DNA of 64,000 nucleotides from an uncultured Actinomycetes bacterium (GCA_963796875.1 CAWCNL010000004.1:302204-366203); one strand, 5' to 3'. Counted from the stretch's first letter, positions 20,477 to 31,249 are shown. The notes: a model not told the origin generated them from the letters alone. Numbers and translations are program-made.

Positions 20477-22812
20477 GCGCCACCGAATTCAAGGGCATCG
20501 GCGAGGCCGTGCTGCGCAAGGAGGACGCCGAGTTCCTCACCGGCCAGGGCCGCTACGTCGACGACATCAAGCTGCCCGGCATGCTGCACATGGCGCTGGT
20601 GCGCAGCGAGTTTGCCCACGCCGACATCACCTCGATCGACACGTCGGCCGCGCTGGCTGTCGACGGAGTCGTGGCGGTGCTCACGGCGGACGATCTGGAG
20701 TTTGCAGCAGGAGTGCCGTGTGCCTCGAATCCCACCGGCGAGGTCCGCCAGCCCAAGCGCCCGCACCTGGCCGAGGGCCGCGTGCGCCACGTGGGCGAGC
20801 CGGTCGCTGCGGTGGTGGCGCGAGACCGCTATGCCGCCCGTGACGGGGCAGCCGCGGTGGTGGTCGAGTACAGCCCGCTGCCGGCCGTGATCGGCGTCGA
20901 TACGGCGCTGGCGCCCGGAGCGCAACGCGTGCACGAGGAGTTCGACGACAACACCTGCATCATCCTTGCCCACAAGACCGATGGTGTGGATGACGCATTC
21001 GCAAATGCGCCCGTGGTCGTCAAGCAGGTGATCCACAACCAGCGCCTGATCCCCACGGCGATCGAGCCGCGCGGCGTGGTCGCCCACTGGCTGCCGTCCA
21101 ACGACGAGATCACGCTCTATACGTCGACCCAGGTGCCCCACTTCGTGCGCACGTTCATCGCGATCTGCTGCGGCGTGTCGGAGGCCAAGGTGCGCGTGGT
21201 GGCACCCGACGTCGGCGGCGGATTCGGGTCGAAGCTGAACTGCTATGCGGAGGAGTTCATCGCCGCGGCGGTGTCCCAGAAGGTCGAAGCGCCGGTGAAG
21301 TGGATCGAGGAGCGCTCCGAGGCGATGACCGCCACCATCCACGGCCGCGCGCAGGATGCGCACATCGAGCTGGCCGCCGACCGCGACGGCAAGGTCCTGG
21401 GCCTGCGCGTCAACTACGTGCAGGACTGCGGGTCATACCTGCAGCTCTTGACGCCGTCGATCGCCCACCTGACGCTCTTTATGGCACCCGGCTGTTACGA
21501 CATCCAGGCGGTCGACATCACGGTCACCGAGGTGTTCACCAACACCACGCCCACCGATGCCTATCGCGGCGCCGGCCGCCCCGAGGCGACCCATGCGATC
21601 GAGCGAATGATGGACATCCTGGCAGCCGAGGTCGGCATCGGTCGCGAGGAGGTGCGGCGGCGCAACTTCATCCAGGAGTTCCCGTACACGAGTGCCACAG
21701 GCCTGGCGTACGACTCGGGCGACTACGAGAAGTCACTGGCCCGGCTCGAGGAGCTGCGCGGCTCTGATGAGGAATGGGCCGAGCGCAAGCGCGAAGCGGC
21801 CACGCGGGGCAAGCTGCTGGGTCGCGGCATCTCGACCTACGTCGAGATCTGCGGTCTGGCCCCATCGGCGGTCACCCACGCGATCGGCATCACCGCCGGC
21901 GGGTGGGAGAGCTCGACGGTACGCGTGCACCCCACCGGCAAGGTGACCGTGATCACCGGCACCTCGCCGCACGGCCAGGGTCACGCCACCTCGTGGTCAC
22001 AGATCGTCGAGAGCCAGCTGGGGATCCCGTTCGACGATGTCGAGGTGATCCACGGCGACACCGCCTTTGCACCGTATGGGCTGGGGACGTACGGCAGCCG
22101 TAGCCTCGCCGTGGGCGGCACGGCGGTGTTCCGCGCCGCGGGACAGGTGCGCGAGAAGGCCAAGCTGATCGCCGCGCACATGCTGGAGGCGGCCCCCGAC
22201 GACCTCGAGTTCGACGCGGGCACCTTCAGTGTGGCGGGCAGCCCCGACCGCACGATCGGCATGGGCGAGGTCGCATTCCGGGCGTGGCAGGGCTTCGACC
22301 TGCCCGAGGAGACCGCGCCGGGCCTCGACGAGACGGTGTTCCACGACCCGCCCAACTTCACGTTCCCGTTCGGCGCACACGGCTGTGACGTCGAAGTCGA
22401 CCGTGAGACCGGCAAGGTCGAGATCCTGCGCTACATCGCCGTCGACGACTGCGGCAACGTGGTCAATCCGATGATCGTCGACGGGCAGGTGCACGGCGGG
22501 GTGGCCCAGTCGATCGGCCAGGCGCTCTACGAGGGCGCGGTGTACAGCGACGAGGGTCAGCTCTTGACCGCGACCATGGTCGACTACACGATTCCCACGG
22601 CCGTCGAGGTGCCCCACATCGAGACGCACCGCACCGTCACCCCCACTCCCGTCAACCCCCTCGGATCCAAGGGCATCGGCGAGGCCGGCACGATCGCGGC
22701 TTCGGCGGTGGTGGTCAGCGCGGTGTGCGACGCGGTGGGCGCGCGCGATCTGGACATGCCGATGACGCCCGAGACGGTGTGGCGATCGTTGAGCGAAGGA
22801 GGTGCCGCATGA
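20473..22812 (+). CDS. coxL: Molybdenum hydroxylase large subunit (form II CoxL-like)
   Basis: [17 protein letters not shown] (form II signature), GQGH.T, GQVHGG and KGIGEAG. Confidence 0.92.
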   Translation: MSATEFKGIGEAVLRKEDAEFLTGQGRYVDDIKLPGMLHMALVRSEFAHADITSIDTSAALAVDGVVAVLTADDLEFAAGVPCASNPTGEVRQPKRPHLAEGRVRHVGEPVAAVVARDRYAARDGAAAVVVEYSPLPAVIGVDTALAPGAQRVHEEFDDNTCIILAHKTDGVDDAFANAPVVVKQVIHNQRLIPTAIEPRGVVAHWLPSNDEITLYTSTQVPHFVRTFIAICCGVSEAKVRVVAPDVGGGFGSKLNCYAEEFIAAAVSQKVEAPVKWIEERSEAMTATIHGRAQDAHIELAADRDGKVLGLRVNYVQDCGSYLQLLTPSIAHLTLFMAPGCYDIQAVDITVTEVFTNTTPTDAYRGAGRPEATHAIERMMDILAAEVGIGREEVRRRNFIQEFPYTSATGLAYDSGDYEKSLARLEELRGSDEEWAERKREAATRGKLLGRGISTYVEICGLAPSAVTHAIGITAGGWESSTVRVHPTGKVTVITGTSPHGQGHATSWSQIVESQLGIPFDDVEVIHGDTAFAPYGLGTYGSRSLAVGGTAVFRAAGQVREKAKLIAAHMLEAAPDDLEFDAGTFSVAGSPDRTIGMGEVAFRAWQGFDLPEETAPGLDETVFHDPPNFTFPFGAHGCDVEVDRETGKVEILRYIAVDDCGNVVNPMIVDGQVHGGVAQSIGQALYEGAVYSDEGQLLTATMVDYTIPTAVEVPHIETHRTVTPTPVNPLGSKGIGEAGTIAASAVVVSAVCDAVGARDLDMPMTPETVWRSLSEGGAA

Positions 22813-23624
22813 TTCCCCAGGCATTCGACTACGAGCGGCCCGAGACGGTCGAAGCCGCGGTGGCGGCGTTGCAGCGCCACGGCGACGGGGCGCGGGTGCT
22901 GGCGGGCGGCCATTCGCTCGTGCCGATGATGAAGCTGCGCCTCGCAGCACCGTCGGCGCTGGTCGATCTGGGGGGCATCTCGAGCCTGCGCGGCATCCGC
23001 GACGACGGTGACTCGATAACCATCGGGGCGTTGACCTCGCACGCGGCGGTGGCCGGTTCGGATGTGGTGCGCAGCGGTTGCCTGGTGCTGGCCGAGGCCG
23101 CCGAGAGCATCGGCGACCGCCAGGTCAGAGCCCGCGGCACGATCGGTGGCTCGCTGGCGCAGGCCGACTCGCACGGCGACCTGCCGGCGGTGCTGCTGGC
23201 CCTGGAGGGGTCGGTGACGGTGCAGGGGCCGGGCGGCTCGCGGTCGATCGCAGCGACCGACCTGTTCACCGGGTTTCTGTCGACGAGTCTCTCGGCCGAC
23301 GAGATCATCACCGAGGTCCGCGTGCCCAAGGCCGCGCACGGCGCCTACATCAAGTTCAACCGCCGGTCGCAGGACTGGGCCATCGTGGCGGTGTGCGCGG
23401 TGGTCGACGGATCGAGCGCCCGGATCGCGCTCACCGGTGTGGGTCTGACGCCGGTCAGGGCGAGTGCCGCCGAGGCGGCGTACACCGGTGCGAACGCCGC
23501 CGAGGCGGCCGAGCGGGCGGCCGACGGGCTGCGGCCGTTGACCGACGTGGCCGCGACGGGCGAATACCGTCTGCACCTGGCGAAGGTCCTCACCCGCCGC
23601 GCCCTCGAGCAGGCCGCCACGTGA
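22809..23624 (+). CDS. coxM: Molybdenum hydroxylase FAD subunit (CoxM-like)
   Basis: MIP..FDY, LAGGHSL.PMMKLR and RGTIGGSL. Confidence 0.92.
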   Translation: MIPQAFDYERPETVEAAVAALQRHGDGARVLAGGHSLVPMMKLRLAAPSALVDLGGISSLRGIRDDGDSITIGALTSHAAVAGSDVVRSGCLVLAEAAESIGDRQVRARGTIGGSLAQADSHGDLPAVLLALEGSVTVQGPGGSRSIAATDLFTGFLSTSLSADEIITEVRVPKAAHGAYIKFNRRSQDWAIVAVCAVVDGSSARIALTGVGLTPVRASAAEAAYTGANAAEAAERAADGLRPLTDVAATGEYRLHLAKVLTRRALEQAAT

Positions 23625-23632
23625 GACAAGCT

Positions 23633-23674
23633 GCAAACGCATACCCCGTGCCAGGCACGGGGTATGCGATTTGC
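23633..23674. repeat. REP-like palindrome, GTGCCAGGCAC core
   Basis: cgcataccccgtgccaggcacggggtatgcg between convergent genes. Confidence 0.85.
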
Positions 23675-23677
23675 GCG

Positions 23678-24712
23678 CTACATCAGGTAGGTGCCGACCG
23701 GGATCTGCTGCGTGATGCAGCCGATCCCGCCTCCCAGGCACGCCTGGATGTCGGTCGGGGCGCCCACGACCTTGCGGTCGGGGAACAACTCGCGCAGGAT
23801 CGCGTGGCCGACCTCGTCCTCGGGCGTGTCGAGCACCGGCGCGATGATGCCGCCGTTGACCGGATAGAAGTTGGTGTACGGGGCGGCGTAGCGCACGCCG
23901 TCGATCTCGCGCGTGAACGGCAGCACCGGCATCTCGACGATCTCGAGCTTGCGGCCGTGCGCGTCGGTCTCGCGCTCGAGCACCGCGCGGTTGGCCGCGG
24001 CCATGTCCCAGTTGGGGCTCGAGCGGTCGGGTGCCTCCTGGAACAGCACCTGGCCGGGCTTGATGAACTGGATGATGTTGTCAGAGTGCCCGTCGGTGCC
24101 GTCGGGGCCCATGTCCTCGGCGAGTCCGTACGGCAGCCAGATGACCTTCTGGACGCCCAGGTAGTCGCATAGCACCTGGGTCAGCTCCTCGCGGCTCATG
24201 CCGGGGTTGCGGTTGGGGTTCATCACCACCGACTCGGTCGTGATTACCGTACCCTCACCATCGCAGGCGAGCCCGCCCCCCTCGGCGATGATCGGCGCCA
24301 CGTAGCGGCGGATACCCAGATGATCGGCCAGCGCTGCTCCGGCGGCCGCATCCTTGTCCCACGGCGTGAACTTCTCGCCCCACGCGTTGAACCCGAAGTT
24401 GGTCATGGCCAACCCACCGTTACCGTCGGTCAGGAAGATCGGGCCGTTGTCGCGGATCCATGCATCGTCCAGCGCGATCTCGATCACGTCCACCTCGCCG
24501 CACAGCTCGAGCACCTCATCGCGTGTGCCCGGATTGGCGATCACCGAGACCGGCTCGAACTCGGCGATCAGCCGCGCCACGCGCGCCCATTCGCGCTTGG
24601 ACTCGTCGAAGTGGCCCATCGACTCGCGGGCGGGCCACGAGATCAGCGTACGCTCATGCTCGACCCACCGAATCGGCATCGTAAGCCCGTCCTGGCGCGG
24701 TGTGGATGACAT
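23678..24712 (-). CDS. Agmatine deiminase family protein
   Basis: DAWIRDNGP, FNAWG.K, EGG, TDGHSD, YTNFY and GGGIGCITQQ. Confidence 0.92.
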   Translation of the reverse strand: MSSTPRQDGLTMPIRWVEHERTLISWPARESMGHFDESKREWARVARLIAEFEPVSVIANPGTRDEVLELCGEVDVIEIALDDAWIRDNGPIFLTDGNGGLAMTNFGFNAWGEKFTPWDKDAAAGAALADHLGIRRYVAPIIAEGGGLACDGEGTVITTESVVMNPNRNPGMSREELTQVLCDYLGVQKVIWLPYGLAEDMGPDGTDGHSDNIIQFIKPGQVLFQEAPDRSSPNWDMAAANRAVLERETDAHGRKLEIVEMPVLPFTREIDGVRYAAPYTNFYPVNGGIIAPVLDTPEDEVGHAILRELFPDRKVVGAPTDIQACLGGGIGCITQQIPVGTYLM

Positions 24713-24721
24713 GTGACCCTC

Positions 24722-24767
24722 CGAGTTAGAACGTCGTTCAAACAACTTTGAACGCTATACTAACTCG
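24722..24767. promoter_or_regulatory. Imperfect 46-bp palindrome, probable TetR operator
   Basis: cgagttag...cgttcaaa-caac-tttgaacg...ctaactcg fills most of the divergent intergenic region. Confidence 0.65.
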
Positions 24768-25323
24768 ATGAGCGAGCTGGAGTCAAACGCCGATCAGCGG
24801 CGCCATCAGGTACTCGAGGCGCGCACTCTCTGCGATCGCCGAGGTCGGAGCCGACCGGGTACGCATGACCGACATCGCGCGTCGGGCGGGGATGACCCCC
24901 GGCCACATCCTCTACTACTTCGAGCGCAAGGAACGCATCCTGGCCGAGACGCTGAGGCTGAGCGAGCAGGAACTGGCCACGCAGCGGCGCCGCACGCTCG
25001 ACCGCACCCGCACCCCACGCCGGCGGCTGGAGTGGTTCATCGACCTCTACCTGCCGGCGGGCCGCGACGACACGCGCTGGAATCTGTGGACGCAGCTGCT
25101 GGTCAGGCCGGCCGGCGACGCTGAGACCGCTGAGCTGCTGGAGCAGCTCAACAGCCTGTGGCGCGACGACCTGACCGCGCTTCTGGACGGCGATCGCAAC
25201 CGCGCGCTGCGGCTCTGCTACCTGATGGACGGCCTGGCCTGGGACATGCTCGTCGGACTTCTCACCAAGGCGCAGGCGCGCGCGTTGGCGCTGGCCCAGC
25301 TGGACGCCGAGCTGGTTGGCTAA
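24768..25323 (+). CDS. TetR family regulator (frameshift near 24825)
   Basis: MTDIARRAGMTPGHILYYF..KE HTH motif. Confidence 0.85.
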
Positions 25324-25382
25324 GCTCGCTGCGATCTCGCAATGACCGACGTTCTGGGAGTGGTCGGCAGCTAGGCTAGGCC

Positions 25383-25820
25383 GTGATGCTGCAGAACCGC
25401 TCGGCACCTCCCGCAACCGTGACGCCGGTGCTGGTGTACCCCGACGTGCCCGCGGCGGTCGAGTTCTTGACCCGCGCGTTCGGCTTCGAGGCTCAGGTGC
25501 TGATCGGCGAGGATCACCGCGCCCAGATGCGGGTCGGCACCGATGGATCGATCGTGGTGGCCGATGACGGCGGCGAGCGCACCGCGCCGCAGCCGGGCGG
25601 GTACACGCACGAGATCAAGGTGCGGGTCGAGGACGTCGACGCCGCCTTCGCGCGAGCTCGCGACGCCGGAGCCGAGGTGATCTCTCAGCCTGTCACGTTC
25701 GAGTACGGAGAGCGCTCGGGCGTGGTGGCCGATCTCGCCGGGCACCGCTGGGAGCTGACCCAGTCGGTCGCCGACGTGGCCCCGGAGGACTGGGGCGGCG
25801 TGGCCGTCGCACCCTGGTAA
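25383..25820 (+). CDS. VOC/glyoxalase family protein
   Basis: PVLVYPDV.AAVEFL..AFGF and YGERSG.V.D.AGHRW. Confidence 0.85.
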   Translation: MMLQNRSAPPATVTPVLVYPDVPAAVEFLTRAFGFEAQVLIGEDHRAQMRVGTDGSIVVADDGGERTAPQPGGYTHEIKVRVEDVDAAFARARDAGAEVISQPVTFEYGERSGVVADLAGHRWELTQSVADVAPEDWGGVAVAPW

Positions 25821-25915
25821 CACAAAGGGGGTCAGCCACCTTTTGTGCATGGGCGGACGCCCAGGGTTGCGACGAACGTTACTCATGCACAAAAGGTGGC
25901 TGACCCCTTTATGTG
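25821..25915. repeat. REPIN-like inverted doublet (second GGGGTCAGCCAC copy, opposite orientation)
   Basis: Arms nearly identical to those at 15320; the reverse complement of its spacer matches the 15351-15384 spacer at 28/34 positions. Confidence 0.92.
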
Positions 25916-25930
25916 CGAACATACGTTCGA
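25916..25930. promoter_or_regulatory. LexA SOS box
   Basis: CGAACatacGTTCGA matches the Gram-positive/actinobacterial GAAC-N4-GTTC consensus and abuts the dinB ATG. Confidence 0.85.
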
Positions 25931-27120
25931 TGGACGAGGCCGCCATCCTCCACGCCGACCTCGACGCGTTCTACGCGTCGGTCGAGCAGCGCGACGATCC
26001 GGCGCTGCGCGGCCGGCCGGTGATCGTGGGCGGCGGGGTCGTGCTCGCCGCCAGCTACGAGGCCAAGGCGCGGGGCATCCGCACCGCCATGGGCGGTCGT
26101 CAGGCACGTCAGCTCTGTCCCGAGGCGATCGTGGTCTCGCCCCGGTTCACCGCCTACTCCGAGGCCAGCAGGCAGGTGTACAGCGTGTTCGAGGACACCG
26201 CCCCCCTCGTTGAGGGACTCTCGATCGACGAGGCGTTCCTGGACGTGCGCGGCATGCGTCGCATCGCCGGCGAACCGGTGGAGATCGCCCGCCGGCTGCG
26301 CCGGATCGTGGCCGAGCAGGTGGGCCTGCCGATCACCGTCGGCATCGCCCGCACAAAGTTCCTGGCCAAGGTCGCAAGCGGCGTCGCCAAGCCCGACGGT
26401 CTGCTGCTGGTGCCGCCCGACCGTGAACTCGAGTTCCTGCACCCGCTGGAGATCGAACGGCTGTGGGGCGTCGGTGAGGTCACCTCGCAGAAGCTGCGCG
26501 CAGTCGGCGTGACCACCGTCGGCCAGGTGGCGCGGATGGACGTCGATACGCTGACCGAGATCGCCGGCCGGGCGATGGGCCACCAGCTGCACGCGCTCTC
26601 GCACAACCGTGACCCGCGACGGGTGCGGCCACGCGTGCGGCGGCGCACCATGGGAGCCCAGTCGGCGCTGGGCCGCACTCCGCGTACAAACGCCCAGATC
26701 GACGCGATCCTGCTGGCACTCGTCGATCGGGTCACCGGCCGCATGCGCGCCGCCCACCGGGTCGGCCGCACGGTCACCCTGCGGCTGCGGTTCGGCGACT
26801 TCAGCCGCGCCACGCGCTCGCGCACGCTGCCCTTTGCCACCAACGAATCGACGGTGATCGCGGCAGCCGCCCGGCTGATCTACGTCGCCGCGCTCCCGAT
26901 GATCACCGAACGAGGTGTCACGTTGGTGGGCATCACGGTGTCGAACCTGGCCCACGACACCCCCTCGCAGCTCCTGCTGCCGCTGGACGACCGCGGCAAT
27001 CGCGCGGCGCTCGAGGCGGCGGTCGACGGCGTCCGCGACCGGTTCGGCCGCGGAGCGATCACCCGCGCGGTGCACCTGGGCCGCGGCGCCGAGGAGTCGG
27101 TGCCGCTGCTGCCCGACTGA
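25930..27120 (+). CDS. dinB: DNA polymerase IV
   Basis: ILHADLDAFYASVE, AASYEAKARG, SIDEAFLD and AKPDGL. Confidence 0.95.
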   Translation: MDEAAILHADLDAFYASVEQRDDPALRGRPVIVGGGVVLAASYEAKARGIRTAMGGRQARQLCPEAIVVSPRFTAYSEASRQVYSVFEDTAPLVEGLSIDEAFLDVRGMRRIAGEPVEIARRLRRIVAEQVGLPITVGIARTKFLAKVASGVAKPDGLLLVPPDRELEFLHPLEIERLWGVGEVTSQKLRAVGVTTVGQVARMDVDTLTEIAGRAMGHQLHALSHNRDPRRVRPRVRRRTMGAQSALGRTPRTNAQIDAILLALVDRVTGRMRAAHRVGRTVTLRLRFGDFSRATRSRTLPFATNESTVIAAAARLIYVAALPMITERGVTLVGITVSNLAHDTPSQLLLPLDDRGNRAALEAAVDGVRDRFGRGAITRAVHLGRGAEESVPLLPD

Positions 27121-27124
27121 ACTC

Positions 27125-27904
27125 TCAGCCGGCGCCAGGCCGAAGTACCCGGCCAAACAGCTCGAACAGCCGCTCCCAGTGCCGCTCGGCCGCCGTCGGT
27201 GAGTACACCGCCGCGTCGGTCTGCGTCCAGCCGTGCCCCGCCCCCACGTACAGCTCGGCGGTGTGCCGCACGTGCGCCTCGGCCAGCTCCTGGGTGAGCC
27301 GGCCCATCTGCTCGGGCGGCATCGAACCGTCGTTGTCGGCGTGGCCGATGTAGAGCTCGCCGTGGGCCTCGACCGCACGAAGGTGCGGGCTCGACTCGTC
27401 GTCGGTGGCCAGATTGCCGCCGTGAAAGCTCGCCGCGGCGCCGACATCGGTGGCGAACGTGCCGCTCATGCGCAGGCTGTAGCGCCCTCCCATGCAGTAG
27501 CCGACCGTGCCGATGGGGCCGCCTGCCACCTGATCGAGCCCGCGCAGGTAGGCCAGAAACGCGCCGGCATCGGCATCTGCACCTTCGGTGGTGAGCGCCG
27601 CCATCAGCGGCCTCAACTGCTCCCACAGCGCCGAGCGGTCGCTGTCCCGCATCAGCCGCTCGATGTCGGGGATCGGCGCGCGCAGGCTGCGATAGAACAG
27701 GTTTGGCGCAAGCACGGTGTAGCCGCCTGCCGCCAACCGCTGCACGTGGGCGTCGAGCGCCGGCCGCAGCCCAAAGGCGTCCATGAACAGGATCACCGCC
27801 GGATGCGGGTGGCCGTCGGCGGGATGGGCCAGCAGCGCATCGGCCATGCCGTCAGGCGTCGGCACATCGACAAGCTCAGACTGGATACCTGGCGGGTCGA
27901 TCAC
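27125..27904 (-). CDS. Dienelactone hydrolase family protein
   Basis: DAFGLRP, GYCMGG nucleophile motif, SFHGG and HGW; start approximate. Confidence 0.9.
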   Translation of the reverse strand: MIDPPGIQSELVDVPTPDGMADALLAHPADGHPHPAVILFMDAFGLRPALDAHVQRLAAGGYTVLAPNLFYRSLRAPIPDIERLMRDSDRSALWEQLRPLMAALTTEGADADAGAFLAYLRGLDQVAGGPIGTVGYCMGGRYSLRMSGTFATDVGAAASFHGGNLATDDESSPHLRAVEAHGELYIGHADNDGSMPPEQMGRLTQELAEAHVRHTAELYVGAGHGWTQTDAAVYSPTAAERHWERLFELFGRVLRPGAG

Positions 27905-28022
27905 ACACCTCAGTATGGCAGGCGGCCGTGGCCGATCCGCGGCAACCGTTGACATTCGAGAAGCGCTGCGAAATGATCGCTCCGGTATAGGCCATTATTC
28001 CCTCTGGTCATAAGGAGCGGCG

Positions 28023-29609
28023 ATGGATCCACAGGTGCAGTCAGACGTCAATGATCTGGCTGAGTTTGGCTACAAACAGGAACTGCACCGCACCCTGGGC
28101 AGCTTCTCGTCGTTTGCCGCCGGATTCAGCTACATCTCGATTCTCACCGGGATGTTCCAGACCTCGGGTCTGGGATTTGCGTTCGCCGGGCCCGCTTTCA
28201 TCTGGGCATGGCTTTTTGTTCTCTTCGGACAGATGATGGTGGCGCTGCAGTTCTCCGAGCTGGCCGCCCACTATCCCCTGGCCGGTTCGGTGTACCAGTG
28301 GTCGAAGCAGGTCGCAGGTAAGGCCTGGGCGTGGCAAACGGGCTGGATGTACCTGTGCGCCCAGATTGTGACTGTGCCCGCGGTGGCGCTGGCCTGGCAG
28401 GTCATCCTGCCGCAGATCTCGCCCAAGTTCCAGTTCGTGGGTTCGTCCGCGAATTCGCTCAACTTCTACACAAAGGACTTCGCCGAAAACGCGATCATCC
28501 TCGGCATCGTGATGATCGTGCTCACCACGATCATCAACGCGGCCGGTGTCTCGGTGCTGTCCAAGATCAACAACGTCGGCGTGGCTTCCGAACTGATCGG
28601 CGCCGCCGGGCTTGTGATCCTGTTCCTGATCCACGCAAACCGCAGTCCCAGTGAGGTACTGACCAACACGGCCGGTACGGGTGCCGGGCACGCGTGGGGC
28701 TACTTCGGAGCACTTCTGATCGGGGCAATCATGCCCCTCTACGTGATGTACGGGTTCGATTCGGCCGGATCACTGGCCGAGGAGACGGATGATCCCCGCA
28801 AGAAGGCTCCGCGGGCGATCCTCCAGGCTCTCGCCACCGCTGGCACGATGGGCTTCCTGCTGATCCTGTTCGGCACCATGGCGGTCGGCGACACGCTGTA
28901 CAAGGATCCGACAGCACTCAGCCTGACAGTGATCACCAAGGACGTGCTGGGCAACACCTGGGGCAACCTGTTCCTGATCGATTGCGCGTTTGCAATCTTC
29001 GTGTGCTGCCTGGCTATCCATGCGATGTCGGTACGCATCCTGTTCGCGATGGGCCGTGACAACAACCTGCCGGGCGCGGCTCGGCTGGCATCGGTCTCAG
29101 GCACCCGCCGCGTGCCGGTGTTCCCGGCTGTTCTCGTCGGTGTGATCGCGATTGCGATCCTCGCCTTCAACATCTACAACCAGTACGCGTTCGAGGTCAT
29201 CATCGCCCTCGGTATCGTGTACATGTACATCGCCTATCTCGGCGTGAACATCCCTCTCCTGCGAAACCGCCTGAACGGCTGGCCCGGGAACGTCCGCACG
29301 GACAGCTCCCGGACGCTGTTCAGCCTCGGCCCGTTCGCGATCCTCACGAATGTGCTGGCGGTGCTCTACGGGGCGGCGATGAGTATCAACCTGATGTGGC
29401 CGCGGGAGGAGTTCTACGGCACGCTCTGGTACCAGAAATACGGCCCGCTCACAGGAGTCGTGGTGGCCATGGGCGCTGGGTTGATTCTCTACTTTGGCTA
29501 CCAGAAGAACAAGATCGGAGTCCTCGCCGAACATCAGGCGGGCCCCAGCGGCGTGGACAACCTGGGTGCTCAGATGAATGAGCCCCCGCCGATCCACGGC
29601 GGTCCATAG
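28023..29609 (+). CDS. APC amino acid/polyamine permease
   Basis: FGYKQELHR, FAAGFSYISILTG, GFDSAGSLAEET and about 12 TM segments. Confidence 0.92.
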   Translation: MDPQVQSDVNDLAEFGYKQELHRTLGSFSSFAAGFSYISILTGMFQTSGLGFAFAGPAFIWAWLFVLFGQMMVALQFSELAAHYPLAGSVYQWSKQVAGKAWAWQTGWMYLCAQIVTVPAVALAWQVILPQISPKFQFVGSSANSLNFYTKDFAENAIILGIVMIVLTTIINAAGVSVLSKINNVGVASELIGAAGLVILFLIHANRSPSEVLTNTAGTGAGHAWGYFGALLIGAIMPLYVMYGFDSAGSLAEETDDPRKKAPRAILQALATAGTMGFLLILFGTMAVGDTLYKDPTALSLTVITKDVLGNTWGNLFLIDCAFAIFVCCLAIHAMSVRILFAMGRDNNLPGAARLASVSGTRRVPVFPAVLVGVIAIAILAFNIYNQYAFEVIIALGIVYMYIAYLGVNIPLLRNRLNGWPGNVRTDSSRTLFSLGPFAILTNVLAVLYGAAMSINLMWPREEFYGTLWYQKYGPLTGVVVAMGAGLILYFGYQKNKIGVLAEHQAGPSGVDNLGAQMNEPPPIHGGP

Positions 29610-29622
29610 CTCAACCCGAATC

Positions 29623-29652
29623 GGGTGGGGCGGCTCCCGGACCGCCCCACCC
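29623..29652 (+). terminator. GC-rich hairpin, probable terminator
   Basis: gggtggggcgg-N8-ccgccccaccc just after the permease stop codon. Confidence 0.55.
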
Positions 29653-29682
29653 AATGTTCCAATGGCCGTAGGATTCCACCCA

Positions 29683-30069
29683 ATGCAACAGGACGACCTG
29701 CGCAAGCTCGTCAAACGCGACGTCGCAATCGCGGCCGGCGGAAGCGTGATCGCAATCTGGCTCTACAGCCTGGTCGCCGGCGTGCAGATCGGGGCGATTT
29801 CAAAGATCACCGCCGGTCGCGTCGAGGTGGCGGTGGGGCTTCTCGTGTCGCTGTTGTGTGTGGCCTGGTGGGCCGCCGGCCCCACTGACATGCGGCGCGA
29901 TCGGCTGTTCGTGCTGATCCCGCTGTTCCTGATCGCCGGGCCGATGCTGATCGGCGTCCACAATCTGGGGGGCGGACTGATTGTGGCCGGGATCTCGGCA
30001 GCAGTCGGATTCGGGGCGGCGATGGTACTCGGCGTGATGTGGGGCTCGCGCAAGTACGACCGCGCCTAG
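29683..30069 (+). CDS. Hypothetical 4-TM membrane protein
   Basis: Hydrophobic ORF from MQQDDLRK. Confidence 0.65.
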   Translation: MQQDDLRKLVKRDVAIAAGGSVIAIWLYSLVAGVQIGAISKITAGRVEVAVGLLVSLLCVAWWAAGPTDMRRDRLFVLIPLFLIAGPMLIGVHNLGGGLIVAGISAAVGFGAAMVLGVMWGSRKYDRA

Positions 30070-31225
30070 CGCGGTCCGCCGGCCGCCGTTGCCAGCCGCC
30101 CGCTGGAGGCGCAGATCGCGACCACCAGCGCCAACGGCACGAGCAGCGCGAGCCGCAACCCCACCGCACCGGCCAGCACGCCGATCAGCGCCGGGCCGCT
30201 GACCCCGCCCACGTAGCCGAGCGTGAACACCCTCGAGACCACTCCCTCGACCGAGCCCAGCCGTGCGCCGGAGGCGGCGCTGACAACCGTCGGCACGACG
30301 GGCCCCAGACCGAGCCCCAGAAGCGCGAAGCCCACGATACCCGCGACCGGCTGCGGTACCGCCAATGCGAGCGTCAGGCCGCAGATCGCGCCGAGCGTCA
30401 GAGGAACACCAGCCGCACCGGCCCGACGGCCGCCGCCAGCCGGTCGCCCGTGAGCCGCGAGCCGGCCATCCCCAGCGAGAACGCCGCAAAACCGACGGCT
30501 GCGAGCGCTGCCCCCGCCGCCACCCGGTCGTGTAGGTAGACCGCACCCCACGACCCCGCCACGCCTTCAGCGAAGAACGAGCAGAAGGTGATCAGGCCAA
30601 ACACGATCACGGCCAGCGACCAGCCGCCTGCCGCGTGCGCGGCCAGGGCGTCGGCAGCGATCTCGCGCTCGGGCAGTTTCGTGAGTATCGGCGCGGTGGC
30701 TGCCACGGTGATCAGCGCGACCGTCACGAAGTTCATCTCGGGCCCCGCTCCGGCCGCGGCGAACGCCGCCCCCACCAGCGCGCCGATCATCAACCCCACG
30801 CTCCACATACCGTGAAACCCCGACATCAACGGCCGGCGGGCACCGCGCTCGACGATCACCGCCTCGGAGTTCATGGACACGTCCACCACCGCCGCCATCA
30901 CTCCCATCGCGACCAGGCACACCGCAAGCGCGGCAAGGCTTCCCGCGAGCCCCGACGTGATGAGCGCGAGCGCGTAGAGCGGCAGGCCGACCCGCACGAC
31001 TGCGCGTGCACCGAACCGCGCCGCGATCCGCCCACCCAGCCGTCCGCCCGCGAGCGTGCCCAGCGCCATGCCGAATAGCGCCGCGCCCAGCTGCGGATCG
31101 GTCAGCGCGAGGGTGTGCTTGATCGCCGGAATCCGGGCTCCCCAAGAGCCCGTCACCAGTGCGTGGCCCAGGAAGGTCGCACTGACACCCAGTTGGCCGG
31201 GATCGACCCTCCGCCGTAGAGACAT
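30066..31225 (-). CDS. MFS transporter (frameshift near 30415)
   Basis: WGARIPAIK, DVSMN, FHGMWS.G, EG..GSW...YL and GP.LIG. Confidence 0.85.
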
Positions 31226-31249
31226 CGTCGGAATGCTATCGATACCGGT

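Noticed and set aside
18913-22812. 1299-aa ORF suggesting a giant CoxL fusion
   Set aside because: The N-terminal part is antisense to the BNR gene and off-frame over coxS; real CoxL starts at the ATGA overlap at 20473.
24729-24739. GAAC-N3-GTTC as a second SOS box
   Set aside because: Spacing is 3 instead of 4; it is better explained as part of the TetR operator palindrome.
25843-25929. N-terminal extension of DinB and small ORFs containing HKRWLTP or NKRGQSPF
   Set aside because: These are translations of the palindromic repeats, not protein domains.
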